This document shows positions 27,386 through 35,212 of a stretch of DNA of 35,212 nucleotides, piece after piece. The DNA is from Nitrososphaerota archaeon (GTDB lineage Archaea > Iainarchaeota > Iainarchaeia > Iainarchaeales > VGJJ01), in the NCBI GenBank assembly GCA_020053155.1, contig JAGVNS010000158.1:1-35212 (forward strand). Reading direction: 5' to 3'. Under the pieces are notes generated by a model. It was not told where the DNA came from. It was given only the letters and a program-made list of their open reading frames with translations, and did not search any database. The position numbers and the translations under genes are program-made. The first letter of the stretch is position 1. The number at the start of each line of letters is the position of its first letter.

Positions 27386-28225
27386 CTATCCAATTTTTTC
27401 CAAACGCTGAATGCGCTCGTAAAGGGAAGGGTGCGTGGCGAACCATCCCATCACCGCGCCTGCAGAAAAAGGATTGGCGATGAACATGTGAGCCGTTCCC
27501 CGATTTGCATCCGTGAAGGGGGTGTGGGAAATTCCTTTCTCCAATTTTTTCAACGCGGACGCGAGGCCGTGTCCCGTGTGCAACGTTTTGGCCGCGGTTT
27601 CATCCGCCAAAAATTCCCGGCTGCGCGAGACGGCCAGTTGAATGAGCATGGCAATGATGGGAATGATAATGGCGATGACAATTAATCCGATGGGATTCTT
27701 CCCCTCACGTTCTCTCCCCCCAAAACCCATCCACAAAATGGAGTGGGCGATGATTCCAATCGCTCCCGCAATGGTCGCCGCCACGGAAGCAATAAGTATG
27801 TCCCGGTTTTGGATGTGCGAAAGTTCGTGGGCAATGACTCCCTCCAATTCATCATCGTTGAGCAACTGCAAAATGCCTTGAGTAAACACCACCGCTGCAT
27901 TTTCGGGACCGCGACCCGTGGCAAATGCATTGGGGGATTTTTCCGAAATGGTGTAGAGGCGAGGCATTTTGGGCAAATGCATCTTTTGAGTGACCCCCCG
28001 AACCAACCGGTGAACCCGCGCCCCTTCGGACGATTTCTCATCCAGGGGTTGGGCATGATACATCCACAATACTATTTTGTCTGAAAAGAAGTAAGAAAAG
28101 CCGTTCATAAGCACGGCAAAAAAGAATGCGACAATCATCCCGTCAAAGCCCCCCACGAGATTTCCAATGACAATCAATATGGCCGTCAGGACCCCTAAAA
28201 AAAAGACCGTTCGCAGTTGTTCCAT
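27386..28225 (-). CDS. htpX: Zinc metalloprotease HtpX (M48)
   Basis: SYFFSDKIVL, PNAFATGR, ELEGVIAHELSH (HExxH), SRSREFLAD, FATHP. Start ATG 28225 or GTG 28234. Confidence 0.95.
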   Translation of the reverse strand: MEQLRTVFFLGVLTAILIVIGNLVGGFDGMIVAFFFAVLMNGFSYFFSDKIVLWMYHAQPLDEKSSEGARVHRLVRGVTQKMHLPKMPRLYTISEKSPNAFATGRGPENAAVVFTQGILQLLNDDELEGVIAHELSHIQNRDILIASVAATIAGAIGIIAHSILWMGFGGREREGKNPIGLIVIAIIIPIIAMLIQLAVSRSREFLADETAAKTLHTGHGLASALKKLEKGISHTPFTDANRGTAHMFIANPFSAGAVMGWFATHPSLYERIQRLEKIG

Positions 28226-28287
28226 GGGATTCACTCCCCTCCTTTTTTACCATGGAGGAGGGGCCAATACGCAAGAAGCGATAAACG

Positions 28288-28295
28288 TTTTTAAA
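28288..28295. promoter_or_regulatory. TATA-box candidate between divergent htpX and the surface-protein gene
   Basis: TTTTTAAA reads as a TATA-like box on both strands and is the clearest such element in the spacer. Confidence 0.45.
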
Positions 28296-28343
28296 CCACT
28301 TCGCGTACAGTGGGGCTATCCATTCCATTTTGGGGGAAAAACA

Positions 28344-30767
28344 GTGAACCGCAGACTGATAGGGGTCATTTTCATTGGAATCGTCTTTTTGGCATTAGGG
28401 TCTGCAGGATACGCCTCTACCACGCTCGCCATCCAGGGGGCACCCGCCTATGCCAATCAAGACAATGATATCGTGTTCAACTTCATCGCTACCAATCCTG
28501 ATTTTGATGGGCAGATTCAATTAGACACATACAAATACTATTTGAGCACCGACGCTACACTTGAAACAGGGAGCGATACCGAATTCAGTCCCACTCAGTT
28601 TCCTACTCCTTCCGGGGAGTTGACTACCGGAAAGACATTTTCAGGGGTTAAACTGGATTTGAGTTCGCAGAGCGATGGAACGTATTATCTTTTTGTGGAA
28701 ATCACCATTACCCCGCCCCTTGCATCCGAAAGTTCTCCCTCACACCAAATCATCCTGGATAAAACAAACCCGGTCATTGCCCCTTTGGTATTCAACCCTA
28801 TTCCTTTCACCGGGTGGAGCAAGATTCCAATACAGGTAACATCCTCCTGCAACGAGACACCATGCATCATGGAGTATCAAATAGGAAGCGGGACATTAAC
28901 CGCATTCACGAGTCCGCTTACCCTGTCAACGGCCAACGGGACCATTACCCTCAAAGCCACCGATGCTGCGGGAAACACCAGTACGTTGACAAGCACGGAA
29001 ACTCTCCAAATTGACACCAACGCCCCAACGGGATTTTCGATAAACGCCACCACGTCCTACACCAATGATGCAACTCCCGACATCACCATAAACGCCACGG
29101 ATGCGGGAGTGGGGGGAATGAAAGCGTACGTCAAGTGTGAGGGTACAACGGCCGGGACTGAACTATCCATGAGTGGGTCTTCACTTGTGGTGAATAATTT
29201 TGACATTACAACCGGACCGAATTGTATCACATCAAACGGAGACAAGATTCTCAAAATTTTAGTGAAAGATGCATTTGATTTTGAGACCGAAGAAAAGTCC
29301 CTTACCCTAAAATACGATGCCACCCCTCCCGACACGGTGACTTCACTCTCCATTACCAGCACGGGAAGTGACCAAATCTCATTGGACTGGCCCGCCCCCT
29401 CCGATTCGGGAGGGAGCGGAATAAACAACTATGACGTGTATCGTGGCACCACGAATTCCATCCCCGGAAGTGCATTGACCAGCACGAGTGACTCGTCTTA
29501 CACGAATACGGGATTGTCTTCCTGCACCACCTATTACTATTGGGTCAAAGCCCGCGACAACGCAGGAAACGTAGGCCCTGCGAGCAGTGCGCTGGAAGCC
29601 AAAACGAGCGGCTGTTCCGATACCGACCCCGATGATGACCCCCCGATAGACGATAATGACGGGGACGTGATTTCGTGTAACGTCACCCCCACCTACACAA
29701 ATACGGCGCTTTACGCAGGAGAAACCGTCATCATAAAAGTCACCACCAGCACCTCCCAAGTATGGACCCTCCGCGCCAACATCCCAGGAAAATCGGGAAC
29801 CCAGGAGCTGAAAAGCGGAACGGGAAAAGAAGCGAGCGCCTCCCTGAACGTACCCAATCAGGTGGGAAAATCCATTGACATTTTCTACAAATACCAGTCT
29901 GGCTCATGCGGTGCGCCCAAAAAAACATACGTTATCAAAGACCCGGCGACCAAAACCAGTGATGGAGTTAGCGATGGGGACAACACAGGTTCGGGGAGTG
30001 ATGAAGAAGGTTCCTCCCCCCCGCCCATTTTGGGAACAACAACCCCCGTGGAGCCTGTGACGCAGACCATTTCCTTTTCTCCCGACCAAATCCCTGCGCT
30101 GCTCGCCAGTGCGGGATTCAATGCAGAAAACACCCAACTGAAGGAATCCATGGCTTCTTTTTTGGTGCAGTGGAACGTGCTCAAAACCATCACCGTTGTT
30201 CCCTCCGCGGAAAATGGAAAATATTCATTGCGGATGATCATTTCCCTGCAAAACACGGGCAATCAGGGAACCATCAAGCTCATCGAGGAAATCCCCAAGG
30301 AGTTTGCTTCACTCGCAAGCGAACTTGAAAGCGATTATCCCATGACCACATTGAAAGACGACCCCCTCATTCAATTCGAATTGAAGGATTTATATGAAGG
30401 ACAAATGGTCGAAATACAAATCACTGGAAAAACCGTATACGATTCCATTGAAGAGGCCAATCAGAAAGCCGTCGAAATCGCAGAAAAGGGAACGACTCCC
30501 CCGCTCCTTTTTGGAACGGGAACCGCTCGGCCAAACCCAAACGGACGGTCGGATGTATTAGCAGGGTTTTCAGGATTAGTTGGAGCAGTAGGCTCGAATG
30601 GATTGATTATTTTAGGATTCTTGGTAGTCGTGGGATTGGTCATGGTCAGCGTCCGCGTGATTCGCACGAGTGTAGATGGGGCGGATAATCCCATCATCCG
30701 GAGTGCGGCCAATGCCCGCTATGGCAAAACACGGGAAGGAGATTTTTTCATCCGCCGAAAAAAATAG
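28344..30767 (+). CDS. Large secreted, C-terminally anchored surface protein with Ig-like and fibronectin type III domains
   Basis: GTG 28344 gives a signal peptide (MNRRLIGVIFIGIVFLALGSAGYA). Ig-like repeats ending D.T.P with DAAGN/DNAGN; FN3 domain (ISLDWPAPSDSGGSGINNYDVYR...TGLSSCTTYYYWVKARD); Asp/Ser/Pro linkers; C-terminal TM helix and basic tail. Confidence 0.85.
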   Translation: MNRRLIGVIFIGIVFLALGSAGYASTTLAIQGAPAYANQDNDIVFNFIATNPDFDGQIQLDTYKYYLSTDATLETGSDTEFSPTQFPTPSGELTTGKTFSGVKLDLSSQSDGTYYLFVEITITPPLASESSPSHQIILDKTNPVIAPLVFNPIPFTGWSKIPIQVTSSCNETPCIMEYQIGSGTLTAFTSPLTLSTANGTITLKATDAAGNTSTLTSTETLQIDTNAPTGFSINATTSYTNDATPDITINATDAGVGGMKAYVKCEGTTAGTELSMSGSSLVVNNFDITTGPNCITSNGDKILKILVKDAFDFETEEKSLTLKYDATPPDTVTSLSITSTGSDQISLDWPAPSDSGGSGINNYDVYRGTTNSIPGSALTSTSDSSYTNTGLSSCTTYYYWVKARDNAGNVGPASSALEAKTSGCSDTDPDDDPPIDDNDGDVISCNVTPTYTNTALYAGETVIIKVTTSTSQVWTLRANIPGKSGTQELKSGTGKEASASLNVPNQVGKSIDIFYKYQSGSCGAPKKTYVIKDPATKTSDGVSDGDNTGSGSDEEGSSPPPILGTTTPVEPVTQTISFSPDQIPALLASAGFNAENTQLKESMASFLVQWNVLKTITVVPSAENGKYSLRMIISLQNTGNQGTIKLIEEIPKEFASLASELESDYPMTTLKDDPLIQFELKDLYEGQMVEIQITGKTVYDSIEEANQKAVEIAEKGTTPPLLFGTGTARPNPNGRSDVLAGFSGLVGAVGSNGLIILGFLVVVGLVMVSVRVIRTSVDGADNPIIRSAANARYGKTREGDFFIRRKK

Positions 30768-30800
30768 GGGCTATGCGAAAAGGGAAGACGAGTCAGATAA

Positions 30801-31048
30801 CTAACGCCTCCGACGCATTGCATAAAGCGAAAAGAGAAAGAGGACCCCCCACCCCAGGGCGAGGGTAGGATAGTCCAGGCTCACGTGAAAGAGTTTGGCT
30901 CCTACCCAAAGCATGAAGGGGAAAAAGAGAAGGGATGTCATCCCCCCCAAACGAACTTTAGGAGGAAGGGGTATTTTTTCCCATTTCCTTGAAAAAAAAA
31001 GGAAAGGGCCATTCCCCCCCAAAACAAAAACCAAACAATGGCTGCCAT
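30801..31048 (-). pseudogene. Small membrane protein apparently frameshifted in an A9/T9 run (pseudogene, slippage or sequence error)
   Basis: From ATG 31048 one frame reads MAAIVWFLFWGGMALSFFF. The hydrophobic continuation SRKWEKIPLPPK...LALGWGVLFLFSLYAMRRR is in another frame. One extra T in the run at 30992-31000 joins them. Confidence 0.45.
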
Positions 31049-31153
31049 CGCCCCCAAAAAGAGGAGAATCACCCCCTTCTTGGATTCGGTTGACCCTAAA
31101 AACCCACGTTTGGGGAGGGGAGGTTAAAATGGTTTTGACCCGGCTCCTACATC

Positions 31154-32305
31154 ATGACCGGGAACGTAACCATTGTGGGGGCAGGGTGTGCCGGACTTCG
31201 ATTGGCTCGCCGACTGGCCGAAAAAAGCGTCCAAGTGACGGTTTATGAGGACCACCCCCAAATTGGGATTCCCGAGCATTGTTCAGGCCTCATTTCCGCA
31301 CGCAACACCAAAGAATTGGGGTTTGATTTGAGGGAAAGTTTTACGAATGACATTTATGGGGCTAAACTATTTTCCCCCAACAATACCCAGTTGCGCATCG
31401 AAAGCAAAAAGCCCGTTGCGCACGTGATGGACCGAAGCACGTTCGACCAAACGCTTTACACAGAAGCCATTCACGCGGGGGCAAATGTTGAGTTAAGTAC
31501 CAGTGTAATTAATGTCAAAGGAAATACCCTCTTTACCCAATCGAAAGGAAAAGGGGGAATGAAGAAATCCGACATCATTGTGGCAGCAGACGGGGTCAAC
31601 TCTCACATTCGAAAAATGGTGGGAGTCGAAAGCAAGCCCGGGGATTTCATTCATTCGTACCAAGTAAAGGCAGCGGGGCATTTCGAACCCCATTTTGTTG
31701 AACTCTATTTCAGTGAAAAATTCGCCCCCCACTTTTTCGCGTGGGTGATTCCCGAAAACGAGGAGAGCGCCAAAGTGGGAATAGGGTGTAAAGTGGGAGT
31801 GAATCCCGCACACGCGTTTAACGCGTTTCTAAAAGAAAAACAGATTGACATTCACGTTAAAACAAGTAACTCCTTTCTCATTCCGTGCTCTCCTCCTATT
31901 CGGAAACTGTATTTTGACCCTATACTCCTGCTTGGGGATTCGGCCTACCAAAACAAAGCGACGAGTGGAGGGGGAATCATAATGAATTGCAAAGCAGCCG
32001 ACATTTTAGGAGAGGTCATTACAGAACATATTCACAACGAAGCCCCTTTGGATGCGTATGAGAAAAAAATGGAGCCCATTTTTAGAGAACTGGAACTGCA
32101 TTACAAAATTCACCAATACCAAAGCCGGCTGGGCGATGAAGACATAAATCGATTTTTTCTCAAACTAAAGGATGCAGGCATTGAGCAGTTTCTTTCGAAT
32201 GAGGGGGATATGGATGAACCCTCTCGATTTGTGGGAAAACTCATCTCCAACCCCCGCATGATTTCACTCCTCCCTGAAGCGGTGAAGTTTTGGTTCACCA
32301 AATAG
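31154..32305 (+). CDS. Geranylgeranyl reductase family flavoprotein (digeranylgeranylglycerophospholipid reductase-like)
   Basis: IVGAGCAG, PEHCSG, DRSTFDQ, AADGVNS, FAWVIP, LLGDSA, SGGGI. Confidence 0.85.
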   Translation: MTGNVTIVGAGCAGLRLARRLAEKSVQVTVYEDHPQIGIPEHCSGLISARNTKELGFDLRESFTNDIYGAKLFSPNNTQLRIESKKPVAHVMDRSTFDQTLYTEAIHAGANVELSTSVINVKGNTLFTQSKGKGGMKKSDIIVAADGVNSHIRKMVGVESKPGDFIHSYQVKAAGHFEPHFVELYFSEKFAPHFFAWVIPENEESAKVGIGCKVGVNPAHAFNAFLKEKQIDIHVKTSNSFLIPCSPPIRKLYFDPILLLGDSAYQNKATSGGGIIMNCKAADILGEVITEHIHNEAPLDAYEKKMEPIFRELELHYKIHQYQSRLGDEDINRFFLKLKDAGIEQFLSNEGDMDEPSRFVGKLISNPRMISLLPEAVKFWFTK

Positions 32306-32361
32306 CCGTTTTCGTCCGGCTACACCGATACTCGGGGGGTTATCCTTCGGAAACCCCCGGG
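32303..32361 (+). other. Pair of adjacent hairpins after the reductase stop (terminator or element end)
   Basis: TAGCCG-N8-CGGCTA (32303-32322) and CTCGGGGGGTTATCC-TTC-GGAAACCCCCGGG (32331-32361). Confidence 0.5.
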
Positions 32362-32373
32362 CCAATATTTTGA

Positions 32374-32404
32374 GCACATTCTTGGACGCCTCATTCTTTT
32401 TCAT
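32374..32404 (+). repeat. 31-bp imperfect direct repeat, left copy
   Basis: GCACATTCTTGGACgcctcattcTTTTTCAT; 26/31 identical to 33758-33788, first 14 nt exact. Confidence 0.85.
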
Positions 32405-32541
32405 TCCATTTGAATAAAATGGGAGTTTATAGACATTTATGCAGCAGCATAGCCCTTTGGATGGTTCGTGCTAATGGATTCAGTGCCTTTGCTCTTCCAC
32501 TAACAATAATGCTTATAAGGATAATGGCTATTATCCCTACT

Positions 32542-33750
32542 ATGATTATTCCTAGGCCGATGGATGTAAAAAAAATAGTTGATTCCAAAAAATGGGTGTT
32601 AGTGTATGGAAGGCGAAAAACAGGAAAAACTTTTTTAGTACAGCATTTTGTTCGGTTTGACGAATATTTTTTCGTCAAAAATAGCGGGAGCATCCTGACT
32701 AAAAAAAGCGACTCAATTACTTATGAAACATTTATGGAAATTTTTAGAAGAACCATTGAAGAAAATAAAATCGTGGTGGTGGATGAGTTTCATCGCTTAG
32801 GGAACGATTTTTTTGATTACCTACATTTCATGAAAAAAAATGGCAAGGTAATCCTCATCTCATCGACTCTTTTTCTTTCTAAAAAACTCATTTCCGAAAA
32901 GTCGGCGTTGCTCGGTTTATTTGCCGAGGTTCCAATTGGAATCATCAATTTAGGCGATGTTTTAAACGCACTAAAAAAAAGTGATAGCTCCCTAAAAGAA
33001 CAATTAGAGCTGGCGGTATTGCTGCGTGAACCTATTGCTATCGATTATTTTGATCCAATGATGCATGTTCGAAAGACGATGGCTAAAATAATATTGGGTT
33101 CATCCAAGACCATTCCAGCGCTAATTGGAGAAATTTTTGTAGAAGAAGAAAGGGAAATCTCTGGGGTGTATGAGGGAATTCTTCGAGCCATTGCCTCTGG
33201 AAAAGTGGGCTCGGGGGAAATAACTTCTTATCTTTTCTCCAAAAAGTTAATCAAAAAAGAAGACTCGAGCATGATTCAGCAATATTTGAATAATCTTACA
33301 TCCTTTGGCATCATTCGTAAAATAGGTGTTTTTGACAAGAGGCGATTCATTTACAAGTTGACGTCTCCTCTGGCGCGAATATACTATTATGCGGATGAAA
33401 AATACAATTTATCGGAACGAATTGTTTCGGAAAAAGAGATGGCAACTATTATTGATGAGCTGATGCCAAAAATCGTGGAAGATGCCGTGAGGGAATTCCT
33501 GTCGGAAAAGAACGGTCTTATTGAGAACGTAATTGATGCCGCTGATTTTGAAGTGGATGGGGTGCTCCTCAAATTCAAGAAGCCGGAAATAGCATTAGAG
33601 GTAAAATGGAAAAAACTCGGAGAAAAAGAAATACGCCAAATCGAAGAAAAACTAAACCAAATTCAAGTCAAGGAAAAAATACTATTTGTGCCGGATAAAA
33701 CAGGGATTAAGTCCACGCTTACAGTAATGGATGTGAGGGACCTGCACTAA
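32542..33750 (+). CDS. Archaeal AAA-type ATPase with winged helix and C-terminal PD-(D/E)XK (DUF234-like) domain
   Basis: Walker A YGRRKTGKT, Walker B VVVDEF, wHTH region (YEGILRAIASG...YLNNL...GII), and EVDGVL...LEVKW. Start moved to ATG 32542 (MIIPRP). Confidence 0.87.
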   Translation: MIIPRPMDVKKIVDSKKWVLVYGRRKTGKTFLVQHFVRFDEYFFVKNSGSILTKKSDSITYETFMEIFRRTIEENKIVVVDEFHRLGNDFFDYLHFMKKNGKVILISSTLFLSKKLISEKSALLGLFAEVPIGIINLGDVLNALKKSDSSLKEQLELAVLLREPIAIDYFDPMMHVRKTMAKIILGSSKTIPALIGEIFVEEEREISGVYEGILRAIASGKVGSGEITSYLFSKKLIKKEDSSMIQQYLNNLTSFGIIRKIGVFDKRRFIYKLTSPLARIYYYADEKYNLSERIVSEKEMATIIDELMPKIVEDAVREFLSEKNGLIENVIDAADFEVDGVLLKFKKPEIALEVKWKKLGEKEIRQIEEKLNQIQVKEKILFVPDKTGIKSTLTVMDVRDLH

Positions 33751-33757
33751 TTTGAAC

Positions 33758-33788
33758 GCACATTCTTGGACACTTTTTCCTTTTTCAT
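33758..33788 (+). repeat. 31-bp imperfect direct repeat, right copy
   Basis: GCACATTCTTGGACactttttccTTTTTCAT, starting 8 nt after the last base of the ATPase stop. Confidence 0.85.
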
Positions 33789-33799
33789 AAAAAAAATCT

Positions 33800-35212
33800 C
33801 TACGGTTTCCCAATAACGGTATAATGCCAGGGTTTTCTTATTTTTCCTGTTAAATCCACATATATGTGTTTGAGCTGGGTGTATTCTTCCAGTGCGTGTA
33901 TGCTCAAATCGTGCCCGAAGCCGGTTTGTTTGAATCCCCCATGGGGCATTTCTGAAACGAGGGGTCCGTGTTCATTTATCCACACTTCTCCAAAGTGCAG
34001 TTGGTTTGCGATTCGAAGGGCTTTCCGTCCGTCTTTTGTCCAAATGGAGGAAGCAAGGCCATATTTCACGTCGTTGGCTTTTTGAATGACCTCTTTTTGG
34101 GATGAAAATTTTAATACGCAGAAAACGGGACCAAAAATTTCCTTCTGGCACACATCGGCGTGCTGTTTTACGTTTGTGAGGATGGTAATGGGAACAAACC
34201 ACCCGCTTTTGGGGACTGTACTTTGGTACGCTATCCTAGCGCCTTGTTTGGGTGCATTGCGAATAAACCCCATGACTCGTTCATATTGTTCCTTACTCAC
34301 TACCGGACCCAAATCCGTATTTTTATCGAGTGGGTTTCCCATGCGCACGGTTTTGCAGCGTTCCATTAGGGCCCTTACAAATTTATCGTGAATTTTTTCA
34401 TGCACATACAACCGCGTCGCGGCCGTACAATCTTGCCCGCTATTAATGAGTCCTCCAATTAGCGCTCCCTGCGCGGACTCTTCCACATTCGCATCTTCCA
34501 ACACAATGAATGGGGCTTTTCCCCCTAACTCAAAATGGGTTTTCTTCACGTTTACGGATGCGAGTTGTTGGATTCTTTTTCCGGTTTCGGTATTTCCCGT
34601 GAGGGCAATCATGTCTACATCCTCGCTTTTGGCAAGGGTCTCTCCCACTTCTTTTCCACTTCCAGTTACTACATTCAACACTCCTTTTGGGAATCCTATT
34701 TTCTCCGAGGCAGCGGCCATTTCAAGCGTGGTGATTGGTGTCACACTCGCGGGTTTGAGAATGAGCACGTTTCCTGCTGCCAATGCTGGGCCCATTTTCC
34801 AACATGCCATAGAGAAGGGATAATTCCAGGGAGTAATCGCCGCAACAACCCCAATGGGCTCGCGTTTCAAAATGGAAAATCCCGCGGGGATGTGTTCTCC
34901 TTTCTCATCAAACGCTGCATAATTTCCCGCCGTTTGACTTTGCATGGTGCGCGCGGCGCCCGCAAAAAAATGAATGTTGTCAATTCCAAATGGGATGTCC
35001 CCATCGTGGGCCATTTTCCAGCTCTTTCCCTGATTCATACATTCGAGTTTGGACAATTCTTCACTTTTTTTTTGTAATTCATCGGCGAGCTTGAATAGCC
35101 ACCCTGCGCGTTCTCCGGGTGTCATGCGGGGCCACGCTTTGGAGTCAAACGCTTTTCGAGCCGCTTCAGGGCAGGCGGCTCCAAAAACTTGGAGTCCTCG
35201 AATGTCTTCTTC
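33800..35212 (-). CDS. Aldehyde dehydrogenase (aminobutyraldehyde/betaine-aldehyde type), 5' end outside the window
   Basis: REPIGVV, PWNYP, LKPAS, ELGGKAP, GQDCTAA (catalytic Cys), EIFGPV, PHGGFKQTG. The frame stays open from 35125 to the edge (EEDIR...AARKAFDSKAWPRM). Confidence 0.93.
   Translation of the reverse strand, partial: EEDIRGLQVFGAACPEAARKAFDSKAWPRMTPGERAGWLFKLADELQKKSEELSKLECMNQGKSWKMAHDGDIPFGIDNIHFFAGAARTMQSQTAGNYAAFDEKGEHIPAGFSILKREPIGVVAAITPWNYPFSMACWKMGPALAAGNVLILKPASVTPITTLEMAAASEKIGFPKGVLNVVTGSGKEVGETLAKSEDVDMIALTGNTETGKRIQQLASVNVKKTHFELGGKAPFIVLEDANVEESAQGALIGGLINSGQDCTAATRLYVHEKIHDKFVRALMERCKTVRMGNPLDKNTDLGPVVSKEQYERVMGFIRNAPKQGARIAYQSTVPKSGWFVPITILTNVKQHADVCQKEIFGPVFCVLKFSSQKEVIQKANDVKYGLASSIWTKDGRKALRIANQLHFGEVWINEHGPLVSEMPHGGFKQTGFGHDLSIHALEEYTQLKHIYVDLTGKIRKPWHYTVIGKP

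Noticed and set aside
28167..28343. N-terminal extension of the surface protein given by the ORF track
   Set aside because: It overlaps htpX and its promoter; GTG 28344 gives a clean signal peptide.
32410..32541. TTG-started hydrophobic extension of the ATPase
   Set aside because: This ATPase family starts shortly before Walker A; ATG 32542 fits and the upstream DNA looks like an AT-rich promoter region.
32236..33788. Short minus-strand ORFs beginning in the direct repeats (MKKNEASKNV..., MKKEKVSKNV...)
   Set aside because: The similarity simply follows from the DNA repeat; one ORF is 13 codons and the other runs antisense into the reductase.
1..35212. CRISPR array, tRNA/rRNA, transposase or integrase
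   Set aside because: No regularly spaced repeats, RNA gene signatures or recombinase motifs were found by eye.

Overview
Archaeal genomic DNA, most likely from a small-genome DPANN archaeon. This is an inference from TATA-like boxes, GGTGA/GGAGG ribosome-binding sites, ATGA gene overlaps, a tandem Lrp/AsnC regulator, an archaeal ATPase-DUF234-type gene and a geranylgeranyl reductase. Bases 1-23.7 kb, plus 26.3-27.3 kb, form a large cell-surface glycosylation locus. It encodes four GT4 glycosyltransferases (one split in two), three polyprenyl-phosphate-type GT2s, three multi-TM GT-C-like proteins, two flippase-like UPF0104 proteins, RfbB/RfbA, a DegT aminotransferase, an SDR, two class I SAM methyltransferases, an alpha/alpha-toroid protein and three cobalamin-dependent radical SAM enzymes (one missed by the ORF track, at 1-496). 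An AT-rich divergent Lrp/AsnC plus radical SAM pair with a 16-bp direct-repeat operator interrupts the locus. The right part holds htpX (its RBS lies in a hairpin), a large Ig/FN3 surface protein, a frameshifted small membrane gene, a geranylgeranyl reductase, an ATPase-nuclease gene bracketed by 31-bp direct repeats, and a partial aldehyde dehydrogenase. No tRNA, rRNA, CRISPR array, transposase or integrase was seen. All family calls come from motif recognition by eye; no database search was run.
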